A DNA stretch of 64,000 bases from contig OX597814.1 in assembly GCA_951406725.2 (NCBI GenBank), forward strand, positions 110,980,001 through 111,044,000, read 5' to 3'. The notes under the pieces are model-generated. The model was not told the origin of the DNA. It was given only the letters and a program-made list of their open reading frames with translations, and did not search any database. Below are positions 40,397 to 53,668 of the stretch, piece after piece; within the stretch, counting starts at the first letter, position 1; each line of letters begins with the position of its first letter. The translations under genes were made by a program, and so were the position numbers. This DNA is from Octopus vulgaris (taxonomy: Eukaryota).

Positions 40397-41247
40397 GTAT
40401 TATTATTAATATTCTGAATATAGTAGAAATGAGATTTACCATTATGTATTTTGTGCATTAAGTTCAACTGCATATTAATCTAGTAATTTGCACAATACTC
40501 ATTGACTAACTCATTTTGTTTGCTGATGTTTAAATAAAATTTTAATAATTTTATATTTTGCTAAATTTACCTGTAATTAGATTCACTTTCAGACATAAAT
40601 TATGAAACAAATTTGGTTAAGAACCCTTTTCTTTTTTTTTTTTTATCAGTTTCAGCTCAAAGCCATGGCCATGCTGGAACACTGCCGTTTTACTACACCA
40701 TTATTATTGAGGGCCTCCTCTAATATGTGGCATTTGGTGAATAAGGAAATTTGATGCTGCAACCGTCATTTGCACCTCCTGCTGTGAGGTAGGTTCATTT
40801 GGGACTCGACGGAAAGCGCTCCAGTTTTGATTTGAAAACACCTACATCAACTTTGTGTAGGTACCTCAGGCTCTTTGGGAGAATATTAAAAAGCTTTGTT
40901 AAATTATGTTCCAAAAAATCACAAAATGTTGAATAAGCAAGTTAGAGCTGTTTTAATAAACCAGTCTAAATGATTATTTTAGAATTTGAAATGGCTAATA
41001 ACTAAAAACAAATTATATTTTATTTCTAATTGAAACGAATTCATAATTAATAAAAGTATTTTAAAATGGCCATTTAGTTCACTTCAAAATATAAAGGCTG
41101 GTGATATTTTCTTTGTAGTAACTTTGATATGAGTTAGGCAGGGAAGATTTTCATATGGATTGAGTCAGAAAAGTTATTTCCCTTGTATAAAGAATAATCT
41201 TTTAATGCAGAGCGTATAAATGGAGAAACCATTCTCTAATAGGATAC

Positions 41248-41313
41248 CTTAACAGACAAGAGCCATTTACACATACAAATGTGCAGGAATATGATAAGAA
41301 TGAACGCACACAT
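41248..41313 (-). CDS. Candidate first coding exon of an unrecognised gene, hydrophobic signal-peptide-like (MCAFILIIFLHICMCKWLLSVK)
   Basis: ATG at 41313 preceded by an in-frame upstream stop, 22 codons, donor AAG|gtatcc, next to a CpG-retaining patch. No homology recognised. Confidence 0.2.
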
Positions 41314-41720
41314 CCATATTCTGTTTTTGACTCCTTTTAAAAAGGTCGCTGCTTCCAGGGTCCTGTCTTTTTAGTCGTATGCATATATCCAAAGATTAAA
41401 GGTTTCTCTTTCGTTTTTCAGAGTACATCGCATTGACAATAAACGATCAACGAATTGATAGATATGGTCTGCTTTAACTGTAGCCGCGGGCAGATTGTAA
41501 AGGGTCCTTGATTTTGCTTTTTTTTTTCAAAACTTATTAAGACAACAAGCTGGCAGAATCGTTAGCACGACGGGGAAAAAATGCTTAGCAGCATTTCTTC
41601 TGGCTTTATGCTTTGAGTTCAAATACGCCGAGGTCAACTTTACCTTTCGACGAAATAAGTACCACTTGAGTGGTAAGTGGCTCCCGTCTCCCCTATCAAA
41701 ATCGCTGGTATGGTGTCAAA
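41300..41720. promoter_or_regulatory. CpG-retaining patch, possible unmethylated promoter or TSS
   Basis: Unique sequence with clustered CpGs (ggtcgc, agtcgt, atcgc, aacgatcaacg, gccgcgg) in a CpG-depleted window. The adjacent diverged SINE also keeps its CpGs. Confidence 0.3.
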
Positions 41721-41749
41721 ACTTTGAATTATTATTATTAGTAGTATTA

Positions 41750-42010
41750 TAATGAAATTATTGTGTATAGTGCTCAGGTGCACTACAACTCATCAAAGGT
41801 GCATGTATAGTAAATAGAATTACGTACAAAATACAGGAAAGTGAACAGTGTATGAGTCATGTTATATATGTGTGCATGCGTATGAAGTGGGGGGGGGGTA
41901 TCAGGTGTAGTGTTGGTGAATTTCAGGTAGCATGGAGGTTTTAAAGGATGCAACTGATGCAGGTAATTTGTTCCATGCTTCAGCAACTCTGAGTGTGAAA
42001 AAATGTTTGA
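41750..42010 (-). mobile_element. CR1-type LINE 3' end
   Basis: FFTLRVAEAWNKLPASV is a CR1 ORF2 C-terminal motif; (ATT)n-type tail. Confidence 0.8.
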
Positions 42011-42121
42011 AATTCTTATTATTTGAATGCATTTTTACAATCTCTTGAATTAGTAAAACCTGGGCTGCTAAGAGACTACAGTCCTGAGTAATAATGCAAC
42101 AAAACTGTTTTTGGAAGCCTT

Positions 42122-42156
<35 letters not shown>

Positions 42157-42492
42157 ACACACACGTGCATGCATGTGCATGTGTACGTGAGTGTGCATGA
42201 ATACATGCAAATGTTAACATTACAACTAGCTCCTCTGCACTTTCAATGAGTGGAATGAATAACAAAATCTACTCAAAAAACAGACACGGGTTGGCAACAG
42301 GAAATGCATCAGGCTACAAAATACTGCCTCGAAATAAGCTGCTATCTAATCCATGCTAACATGAAAAACATGGATGTAAAATGAAACTGTTAAATTTGGT
42401 AATAGAAGAAAGCCAAAGATGAATGGAAACAAAAGAACTGAACACTGTCCATAGCCGATCAAATTGAAATTAACTAGAACACTATACAAGCT

Positions 42493-42862
42493 TTATTACG
42501 TCCGCCTTAGCGAAGGCGGCAGTATTGTTTTCAGTTGTGTTTATTTGTTTGTTTGTCCATGGACAAGATATCTTAAGAACTGCTGGAAGGATTCAGATGA
42601 AACCTTTAGGGATATTTGGCCTTGTGACTGGCACAAACTGGTTAGATTTTGGGTTAAATCCAGTACCGGACGATTCCGAATTATTTTTCTGGTTTTTTCA
42701 CTTAATTTTTGAGAGCGGTCAGGTTCATTTTTAGTATTCTCGTTTATGAGAGCAGTCTAGTTTATTTCAGATATTCTCATTTTAAAAATCATCTCCAGTT
42801 AATCATTGAAAGAACATTGGTGTTGCCTTGGTGGAGGTTTGCGCTCTCTGAGTGCTCTTGTT
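42493..42862 (+). mobile_element. Helentron-associated non-autonomous element (HINE/DINE-1-like), copy 2
   Basis: 5' ttattacgtccgcc, subterminal inverted ccttggtggagg, (GTTT)n tract, 3' hairpin gcgctctctgagtgc then tcttgttt. Confidence 0.7.
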
Positions 42863-44099
42863 TAGCTTAGTTTTTTGTTTTTTTATTCAGATCCCACAAC
42901 CTAACAGGCCTATAAAGTATATGGGCTCTATCAACTCCCTCTGAAACAAAAAATATATATGAAAAAAAAGCAAAACAAAACAACATTCATACAACCAAAC
43001 AAAGATGTTTTATTTATTCAGCTGTTGTTTGTTGTCCAGTGAAATCAGTAGATGCATCAAAAAACTAATTCAATATAACATAAGACATTATTTTGTTCTG
43101 CATGCCTCATGTATCACAAATAACAAATTTCACTGGGTTGTTATTCATTATAAGCATCGTTATTTGAGGAAATGGAGCATTACTTCGCATCAACAATATC
43201 CAAAGAAAAGTTGCCTAGCATGTATTTAAGTATAAAGTAAAACAAATGTTTATCTATCTATTTATTCTTTCATGGTATCTACTTATAAAAGAAATAAACT
43301 TAGGATTTCATTTAAGTTTTGAAATTTATTTTACAGCTTTAGACCTTGGGAAATGATTTTTAGCAATATATATATATTTTATATTTACAATAAAGTTTAA
43401 AGTATGTTGGTAATAAGCTAACAACAGATATGTTTAGCATTTACATTAAAATTCATAAATAAATGTACATTAGAAAAGGGATATCTCAAATTTTCTCATT
43501 ACAATGGATTAATCTGTAACGTTTAAATGATTTTGTTTTATATAGCTACATACAAGTGGCTAAATTTTCTCTTTTAGTATCTTTGTGAATGCACAAATGA
43601 CCTCATAGATAAGTTACCAGACAACCAGCTGAAAGGTTGGCAGTTTATAGTGTGTCAATGGCCAAGAAAGAGACTCACCAATAGCCTCAGTCCACCTATC
43701 TTGAAATAGGTAATGTAGTGTTTTAAGAAATCCTCACACTAAGCAGAAGCAGTACTTTAAAGTGATTTATTAATTTGCAGTGCCGAGTTCAATTCCTTTT
43801 GGAATTATGAAAACATCACTCTAGTAACAAGAGATTTCTCATTCATTTTGCCTTCACTTTTAACATCACATTTAAATTCAGACTGTTTATGGGCTGCAAG
43901 TGATAGCTGGTATGTCTCAACACTTTATTCCAAGTTAAACTGATGATACACAGACATTTGCTAGCAGGTGACTATCTTCCTCATCCATAGAAAACAGCTA
44001 CCATGCTTATTTTTCAAAGAATCCACCTAATATTATTCACTGGTTCACTTTTAACAGGCATCTACCATACACTGAACTCCATGCTTCTCTGGGCATTAG

Positions 44100-44841
44100 A
44101 TACATTGAAGCTCTGACGTCTGACAACTGACTTGGTAAGCACTCACAAAATTATTAACTATTGTGCCAACAACAACCTTGAACACCTTTTTGAGCTCCAT
44201 GTGTCTAACACATGTGGGCATGCCAATCATCATCGTTTAACGTCCGCTTTCCATGCTAGCATGGGTTGGACGGTTCAACTGGGGTCTGGGAAGCCCAAAG
44301 GCTGCACCAGGCCAGTCAGATCTGGCAGAGTTTCTACAGCTGGATGCTCTTCCTTATGCCAACCACTCCGTGAGTGTAGTGGGTGCTTTTTATGTGCCAC
44401 CGACACAGGTGCCAGACGAGGCTGGCAACGACCACGCTCGGATGGTGTTTTTTACGTGCCACCGGCACGGAGGCCAGGCGAGGCTGGCATGGCCACGATC
44501 AGATGGTGTTTGTTACGTGCCCACAAAGTCATAAAACAGCACAGCTCCCATGACATTCAGAAACATTTTTTCACATTCAGAGTTGCTGAAGCATGGAACA
44601 AACTACCAGCATCAGTTGTTAACAGCTGATTCATTGCATCCTTTAACACCTCCATGCTTCCTGAAACTCACCAACACTACACCTGATATCCCCACCTCCA
44701 TACACATGCACACATATATATCATGACTCATACACTGTTCACTTTCTCATCTTTTATACATAATTCTATTTACTGTACATTCACCTTTAATGAGTTGTTG
44801 TGCACCTGAGCACTATACACGATAATTTCATTATTATTATA
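44100..44841 (+). mobile_element. CR1-type LINE 3' end interrupted by an RTE 3' end (44228-44520, minus)
   Basis: HKIINYCANNNLEHLFELH..NTCGH, then the insert, then KHFFTFRVAEAWNKLPASVV; (ATT)n tail. Confidence 0.8.
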
Positions 44842-45521
44842 ATGGAACCACCTTTTCAGAAACATTTTCTTTCATTTCTTGAAAGCAGGATTATTTAGCT
44901 GTAGAAATCTTGTCAAATCAGATCGTAACCTGGTACAGCTCCCCAGCTTACCAGTTTTCAGTCAAACCGTCCAACTCATAGCAGCATGGAAAGCAGATGA
45001 TGATTCTATCTGACAATCCAAGAAGTGCAGTGAAATCAAATACCTATATCTTCACATCTTATGGAGAGAATTTATGTAGGGAACCATTTAAGTTACATTT
45101 TTATTTTAATTACAGCAACATACATGGCTTTATTGAATCAATGATTCTCTCCTCTAAATTTGTGGCCTTCTGCCAATATAGGAGACCATTATTATTACAC
45201 TAAAGAATTATAATAAATATTCAATACTGCTAGTGCTCCAATCATTTATAGTAGAAGCATTTTGGTAAAGCATAAAGGTTACACTTTTCAATTACCTCTG
45301 TTTGTGTAATACATAAAAGGAGTGTGGTGCTGCAGTAAAATCTCTGCAGTATATAATTAAGACCTACACTTTCTGAGTTCAAATTCTGCTAAGGTTGATA
45401 ATATATAAATTGTGAGCAAGGACACAGTATTTCCCTTTGCAACCATAATATATTACCAAGTATATGAAAGGCTTGCAAGTCAATATTGCGTCATATTTTT
45501 TTGTTAGCAGTGCAAAGTTCT

Positions 45522-45865
<344 letters not shown>

Positions 45866-46116
45866 AATACAATTTTACTGAAGCTTCAGTTTTTTTTATA
45901 TGCTAGACCACTGGTGTGAAATCGATGTTAATTAAATTAATATCTAATTTCTTACCCTCATTTTAAATATATATATATATATATATATGTAATCCAAAGT
46001 ACCAGTTAAATACATGCAGCGTAGCTGAGAAGTTTGTTTTTTGAAATTACATGATTTCAAGTCAAACCGTTTTGCATGACGTTAAGGAAAGTTTTCTTCC
46101 TATCATAGCATACTTT

Positions 46117-46420
46117 CATCATCATCATCATTTAACATCTATTGTCCATGCTGGCATGAGTTGGACGGTTTGACTGGGCTGGCACTCTGGAAGGCTGCAC
46201 CAGACTCCAGTTTGATTTGGCCTGGTTTTCTACTGCTGGACGCCCTTCCTAATACCAATCACTCCAAGAGTGTAGTGGGTGCTTTTACATGCCACCAACA
46301 TAGGTGCCATTTGTGTGACACCAGGGTGCATTTACATGCCACCAGCACAGGTGCCAATTTGCGTGACCCCAGTATCTGTCCCAACTATGATTTTGCTCAG
46401 TTTGATGGGTCTTCTTCTCA
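46117..46420 (-). mobile_element. RTE LINE 3' end fragment
   Basis: (CAT)n tail plus 3' UTR match. Confidence 0.8.
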
Positions 46421-46720
46421 CCACTTTGTAGGCGGAATTTCATAGGAAAAAATGAATGGAAACCTGATGTGTGCATGCATGCATTTTGACAATACACATC
46501 TGAAAATTACAAACAACAGTAAGAAACACAAGATCCAGTGATACTCCCTTTAATGCCAGTTGGAAATCTGTAGCCAATGACGTCAGTGTTCACAAAATAT
46601 AATATTAAAAAAATAAATAAATAAGGTTTTATTGGGGTTTTTTCATATGAACAATTCTCTAAAATAATTTTTTTTCTTTTAAAAATAGATTGGTGTAGAT
46701 TATTCATAAATTATAAACAG

Positions 46721-47115
46721 TGGCGCATGAGTGGCTCTGTGGTAAGTAGCTTGCTTACTAACCACATGGTTTTGGGTTCAGTCGCACTGTGTGGCACCTT
46801 GGGCAAGTGTTTCAGGCCAACCGAAGCCTTGTGAATGGATTTGGTAGACAGAAACTGAAAGAAGCCCATCGTATATATGTATATATATATATGTATGTGT
46901 GTGTATATGTATGTCTCTGTTTGTCCCCCCAGCATCGCTTGACAACCGATGCTGGTGTGTTTACGTCCCCATAACTTAGCGGTTTGGCAAAAGAGACTGA
47001 TAGAATAAGTACTAGGCTTACAAAGACTAAGTCCTGGGGTCGATTTGCTTGACTAAAGGTGGTGCTCCAGCATGGCCGCACTCAAATGACTGAAACAAGT
47101 AAAAGAGTAAAAGAG
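46721..47115 (+). mobile_element. Young full-length SINE type A
   Basis: tggcgcatgagtggctctgtggtaag head, CpGs retained, tail gtaaaagagtaaaagag; apparent TSD agtgg. Confidence 0.9.
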
Positions 47116-47870
47116 TGGTTCTACAATCTTTAGAAACTCATGGGTTCAGTAACAAAATATGTTTGGGAGCCACCGAGTTATACTAGGGAAACTAAAATAC
47201 TGAACAAAAAAATCTGCATCAAACTACACTTCTGTGATTGTTTGACATTCTAGGGACAGCAGTGAAGTCTCTTTTAAATTATTCCCCACTATTTTAAAAA
47301 TAGAAAGACACACCAGATAATGTAGTCCTAGATGCACTCCAATCTGCATTGTTTGTATTTCCAAAAATGTCTATCAACTAATATTATTGAATTCCATTAC
47401 TTGCTGTTTTCAGACTTCAAACTTTCAACAGGAAGTTTTTGTCTACTAAATGCTGGGATAATCTCATTTGAGTGAAGTCTTTCATGTAGCTGTATTACAT
47501 AAACAAGACCCTACTGTGTTGTATGGGCACTTCCCAACAGCCGGAGAAAAATAAATTGAGCCTAGTGTATTATAACACATTACATAGGAAATATAGGTTG
47601 AGTGAGGGCAGTATGAAAAAATAATTGAATGTTAATAACAGCCGTTGAAGCAAGACTATAATAAAAAGAACAAACACACTATGAGAAAAAATATGTTGAT
47701 GGTTGTTTGCTACAAGGTCAAGGAAGATATGAAGTAAAGAAGTTAGACCAGTTGAGAGAATTAAAAGTCATAATAGGAAAGAAATAGTACCAGAGCCCAC
47801 TGTCTCACTAACAAATTATGAAATGAAAGAAGATTAGATAAAAATTGATAATAAATATGTCAGTAATTTT

Positions 47871-48272
47871 ATTCTTTTCTATTCTATGCACAAGGCCCAA
47901 AATTTTTAGAGAGGCGGGGCCAATTGATTAGATCGACCCAGTACACAACTGGTACTTGATTTATTGACCCTGAAAGGATGAAAGGCAAAGTCAACCTCAG
48001 CAGAATTTGAACTCAGAATGTAACGGCAGAAGAAATACCTGTCTCTTTACTACCCACAAGGGACTAAACACAGAGAGGACAAACATAGACAGACAAACGG
48101 ATTAAGTCGATTATATTGATCCCAGTGCGTAACTGGTACTTATTTAATCGACCCCGAAAGGATGAAAGTCAAAATCGAACTCGGTGGAATTTGAACTCAG
48201 AACGTAGTGGCAGATGAAATACCGCTAAGCATTTTGCCTAGTATGCTAACATTTCTGCCAGCTCGCTGCCTT
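47871..48272 (-). mobile_element. Dimeric SINE type B with two different tails and a TSD
   Basis: Two core copies; TSD atgtcagtaattt on both sides. Confidence 0.85.
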
Positions 48273-48514
48273 AATGTCAGTAATTTATATTACTCCAGTT
48301 CTGATTTGGAAAGGAATATTCATTTTTATTTTGTTTTATTTTTATGAAATCCCTTAATAGTAAAATTAGTAAAAAGAAATTAAAAAAATTCATTTGAAAC
48401 TTAATTTTAATTATCTTAACCTATATTTAGTTCTCAATAAACGGTCGAAAGAATGATTATGATTTTATCTATATTCACTTAATACGAAAAATAGTGAAAA
48501 TAAGAATATGTATA

Positions 48515-49673
48515 TATTTGGCCATCACATAAATAATGTGCTTTTTTTTATACTTCTTTTATTTTTTTAAAATTAAGATGATTTTTTTTTTTTCACAATG
48601 CTCTTCCATCTATCTGATCTGGTAAACTTGCAAGGCTCCTCTTCTAAATTCACTTGTCTGTGATGAAAAATACTCTTCCAGTACTGTTCTGACCTCATCT
48701 ACAGAATTCATATTTTTTCTGTTCAAATGATTTTGAAAACTGAAATAAATGATAATCAGATGGGGAAATGCGCAGCAAATATGGTGGGTGGGGCATCGTT
48801 TCCCATTCAAACATGGTTGTTTTTCTTCTAGCGCTCACTTAAGCCGCCTAAGCTGTTCAGATCTCTTTTATTAGTGTTTGGTTTGGGTTTAAAAGTTCAA
48901 AGTGGAATAAACCTTCCATATCCAACCAAACTGATAATATTTTATGTGGGTGAAGACCTTCTTTAGCCTAGGGTGCCAGTGTTTCCCCTTTCCCTACACA
49001 CTGTCTTTAGTGCTTGACATTTTTATAGAGAACCCATTTCTTGCCACCAGTCTCTATGCAATCTGAAAAAGGTTCATTTGTGAGACATGACATCAAAGAA
49101 GAGCACACATTCACTCACTGCACATGATTAGATTTTGAAAGTTTGTGAGGAACCCAATGACCCAATTTGCTGAATTTTCTGATGGCACACAGGTGTCGAT
49201 GAATGGTTGAATGACTAAATCCAAGCTTCTCTGCTAGTTCCTCAGTGGTTACAATGGGATTTTTTTGTTCCACCAGAGTTTGCAGGACATCCTCATTGAG
49301 CCCTAAAGATCTTCCAGGACGAGGCTCATCTTCTAGGCTGTAGCTTCTGGCTTGGACTTTCTGGAACCACCCTTGACACTGGATTACACTTATTGTCCAA
49401 TCCCCATATACTGCATTAATATTCCTCGCACTTTCCATTGCATTGTTGCCTTTATTGAATTCATAAAGCAAAATATGCCAAATATGTTGTTTTGTCACTT
49501 CCATTATAGCTTTGAAAAAAACTTAAAATCGAACTACACTTTTCAAAACTTGTACTAAGAATAAGGACAAGGCTTTTATAGCAAATTGATGCAGGTAGTT
49601 TATCCTGCCCCCGACCAAATTTTAGTTCATACAATTAAAAAAAAAAACACATTATTTATGGGATGACCCAATA
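48515..49673 (-). mobile_element. Mariner transposon with both TIRs and an inactivated transposase
   Basis: TIRs tatttggccatcacataaataatg / cattatttatgggatgacccaata. ORF 49115-49504 MEVTKQHIWHILLYEF...LEDEPRPGR...WVPHKL is the mariner HTH region plus WVPHEL motif; the catalytic part is broken. Confidence 0.92.
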
Positions 49674-49929
49674 TATCAATAGTAGATATATTAAGCAATC
49701 TTAGTGAAAATGTGCATTTTCACATCTCCATTTTGTTTGGATTCTCATGGTATTTTATCCCACTCATATGAGGCAGTAGCTCTCTGAATTTCACCCAGCC
49801 TATTCTTATTCTAGCTGTTATGCTCCCAGAAAAACCACTCTCACTACTAACTTGATCATCTAAGTAATGGAAACTGTCTATTGCTTCTAGGGGTGCTCAC
49901 TGACATCTGAGGGAATCTATTTTTGTATA

Positions 49930-50465
49930 TTCCTGGTGTTTAATGAACCTGCACATCTGCATTGTAAATGATCACAGAGGAAAGATGGGTATGAGAGGCT
50001 TCAGATGTTGTGCGCAAGAGAGAAGACTGTGCTGGTTTGGTCATGTAATGCATATGAATGAGGACAGCCGCATAAAAAAAGTACTAAGCTCTAATTGTGG
50101 AGGGAGCCTGTGGAAGAGGTAGACCCAGGAAGTCATGAGATGAAGTGGTGAGAAAGGATCTCCGGACGCTGGGCCCCATTGAAGAAATGATAAGGGACCG
50201 GAAGATGTGGCAATTTGCTGTCAAGCTAAGTAAAATCACTGTCATTTATACATACAGGCTTGTCCTTTACAGATGCTGGTGGCACAGAAAATGTGCTGGT
50301 GCTGTGTAAATGCACCTGTGATGGTGGCATGTAAAAAGCACCCAGCTCATAGAAACCATTGCCACAGGAGGCAATTGGGGTCCGGACAGCTCCTTGGCTG
50401 GCCAGCTCCTGTCAAACTGTCCAACTTATGCCAGCATAGAAAATGTACATTAAACGATGATGATA
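49930..50465 (+). mobile_element. Older RTE LINE 3' fragment (ORF end plus UTR)
   Basis: QERRLCWFGHVMHM...GRGRPRK motif; (GAT)n tail. Confidence 0.8.
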
Positions 50466-50487
50466 ATGAGGATATATATATATTATA

Positions 50488-50850
50488 GGCACAGGAATGG
50501 ATGTGTGGTAAGTAGCTTGCTTACCAACCACATGGTTCCAGGCTCAGTCCCACTGCGTGGTACCTTGGGCAAGTGTCTTCTACTATAGCCTTGGGCCGAC
50601 CAAAGCCTTGTTAGAGGTAGATGGAAACTGAAAGAAGCCTGTCGTATGTACATATATGTGTGTGTGTGTCCCCAACATCACTTGACAACCGATGCTGGTG
50701 TGTTTACATCCCTATAATTTAGTGGTTCGGCAAAAGCAACCGATAGAATAAGTACTAGGCTTAAAAGAATAAGTCCTGAGGTTGATTTGCTCGACTAAAG
50801 GCAGTGCTCCAGCATGGCTGCAGTCAAATGACTGAAACAAGTAAAAGAAT
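50488..50850 (+). mobile_element. SINE type A
   Basis: Full head and tail match. Confidence 0.88.
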
Positions 50851-51666
50851 ATATATATATATATATATATATAATGTGAATAAATGAGATATGATAATTT
50901 AGTTTTTAGCCACAAAATTACCAACCTAATACTTGAGACAAAAATAAGTAAAGTGAGAAATTCACTAAGTACTATTTATAAAATTTTGTTTATAGTATAT
51001 TCCAAATGTGAAACTATAATTATGATATAGTAATACACATGTAGAAATAAGAGGCAAATAGACAACATAGTACCATTAAATGGAAGCTATTTTGTTTCCA
51101 TCGATACACACACAGTGTATGTGTTTTTCTTTTGTTTTGGGGTTTCTTTTTGTATGTGGGTCTAAGTATATATAACTATTTATTGAAATATGTAGATGTA
51201 ATCGTTTAAGTGTATGTTGAACAAAATAAGAGGTTATTTAAACTTACTAGATGTTTATGATATTAATGTCTAGAATATTTGATTTCAATACAATTCAACT
51301 CATATTGCAAGAAATGTAAACATCATTTATAAAACATTCAAAGTAATACGTTTTATTTCTGTCATCCAGATCTATTGATGCTGGTGTGGAACAATGAATC
51401 AATAATATATGTTAATTTCATACAGTATTTTAATGCTCTGATGCTAAATCTGTGAAGCTTGAATTTGTATTTCAGTTTTTTTTTCCCCTAGATTTATTTC
51501 AGAGTAATACTATCCAAAAATTTGTGACACTTGTTCCTCTAGTTCTGGAGGTGAAGCACAATTATCTGATACTCTTAAATTTTCAACCACATTTTTCATC
51601 TTCAATTCAGTGAAACTAAGCCTCATTATATATTATAGTCTTTTTTTTATTCTTATCCTTAAAACA

Positions 51667-53668
51667 TCTGGTGGTGTGGGCTATGGCCTAGTTACCCACA
51701 TTGTAAACCAGGGAGTTCATGATGGAGTCATACCCAATGACTGGCGTAGCAGCACCATAGTCAACTGCTACAAGGGTAAAAAGTGATGCTCTAAATAGAA
51801 ATAACTATTGGGGTATCAAACTACTGGATCAGGTGATGAAAGTCACTGAGAGGGTCATAACCCATCTCATTAGGGAGATAGTCTGCTTAGATGAGATGCA
51901 GTTCGGTTTTGTGCTGGGTAGAAGCACCACTGATGCCATATTCCTGGTTCAACAACTGCAGGAGAAATACCTAGCTAAAGATAAACCCCTATACTTAGCT
52001 TTTGTGGACTTGGAGAAAGCCTTTGACAGGGTTCCCCAATCCCTTATCTGGTGGGCGATGCAGAAACTGGGGATTGATGAATGATTAATAAGGGCTGTAC
52101 AGGCTCTATACAGAGAGGCCATTAGTAAGGTTAGGATCGGCAATGAGTATAGTGAAGAATTTCAAGTAGAAGGAGGGGTCCACCAAGGTTCAGCCCTTAG
52201 TCCCCTTTTATTCATCATAGTTCTCCAAGCAATAACAGAGGAATTCAAGATGGGTTGCCCCTGGGAGCTCCTCTATGCTGATGACCTGGCCCTCATAGCA
52301 GAATCACTACCAGAACTAGAAAAGAAATTTCGGATGTGGAAGCAAGGTTTAGAATCAAAAGGCCTTAGAGTAAATGTAGCAAAGACCAAAGTTCTAGTAA
52401 GTAGGAAGGTGAACACATCACACACTCACTCACGTAGGTGGCCCTGCTCGATCTGTAGAAAAGGTTTAGGTAGAAACTCCATAAAATGTACCCAGTGTAA
52501 GCTATGGACACATAAGAAGTGCAGTAACATCAAAGGAAGATTAACTGAGAAGACAGCTTTCGAGTGCGGCAGATGCACAGGGGCAATAAACACCACAGAT
52601 GCTCAGAAAACAGATTCCATCACCACTCCAGGGGGAGAAACTAGAAGTAGTTGATAGCTTCAGCTACCTAGGTGACCAAGTTAGTAGTGGGAGTAGATGC
52701 TCAGAGAGTGTTACCACTAGAATAAGAATAGCCTGGGCAAAGTTTAGAAAACTTTTACCCCTACTGGTGACAAAGGGCCTCTTGCTCAGAGTGAAAGGTA
52801 GATTGTACAATGCATGTGTGCGAACAGCAGTGAAACATGGGCCATGGCTGCAGAGGACATGTGTAGGCTTGAAAGAAATGAAGCTAGCATGATCTGCTGG
52901 ATGTGTAATGTCAGCGTGCACACGCGACAGAGTGTAAGAACCCTGAGAGAAATGTTGGACATAAGAAGCATCAGATGTGGCATGCAAGAGAGACGTTTGT
53001 GCTGGTATGGTCATGTACTATGGATGGATGAGGAGAGAAGTGTGAAGAAGTGCCACTCCAAAACAGTTGAAGGAATCCGGGATAGAGGTAGACCCAGGAA
53101 GACATGGGATGAGGTGGTCAAGCATAACCTTTGAACATTGGGTTTCACAGAGGCAATGACAAAAGACTGAGACCTCTGGAGATATGCTGTGACTGCAAAG
53201 ACCTGGCAAATAAAGTGAGTTCACAGCTGTATCCTACACAAGTTTCACATAACCAGCCCCAACCCATTCAAAAGTACCTTGGATCGTAGGGTGACCTGCT
53301 GTGCTTGAGAAAACCTATTGAGTCAAGTACATCAACATCAAAATGAAAATCAAATGGAAATTGTAGTTGTGATACCCGTGCCAAATGTGGCTGATGCCAG
53401 CGCCGCCTTGACTGGCTTCCATGCCAGTGGCACGTAAAAAGCACCAACTGATTGTGGTCGTTTTCAGTTTCCTCTCACTCGTGTGCCAGTGGCACATAAA
53501 AAGCACACAATACACTCATGGAGTAGTTGGTGTTAGGAAGGGCATCCAACTATAGAAACACTGCCAGATCAGATTGGAGCCTGGTGCAGCCTCCTGGCTT
53601 CCCAGATCCCGGTCGAACCATCCAACCTATGCTAGCATGGAAAACAGACGTTAAACGATGATGATGAT
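51667..53668 (+). mobile_element. 5'-truncated RTE-clade LINE: reverse transcriptase pseudogene with PHD insertion, 3' UTR and (GAT)n tail
   Basis: QFGFVLGRSTTDAIF, AFVDLEKAFDRV, GVHQGSALSPLLF, LLYADDL, FSYLG, RIRIAWAKF, RRLCWYGHV, RGRPRKTW. Several stops and frameshifts. Confidence 0.95.
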
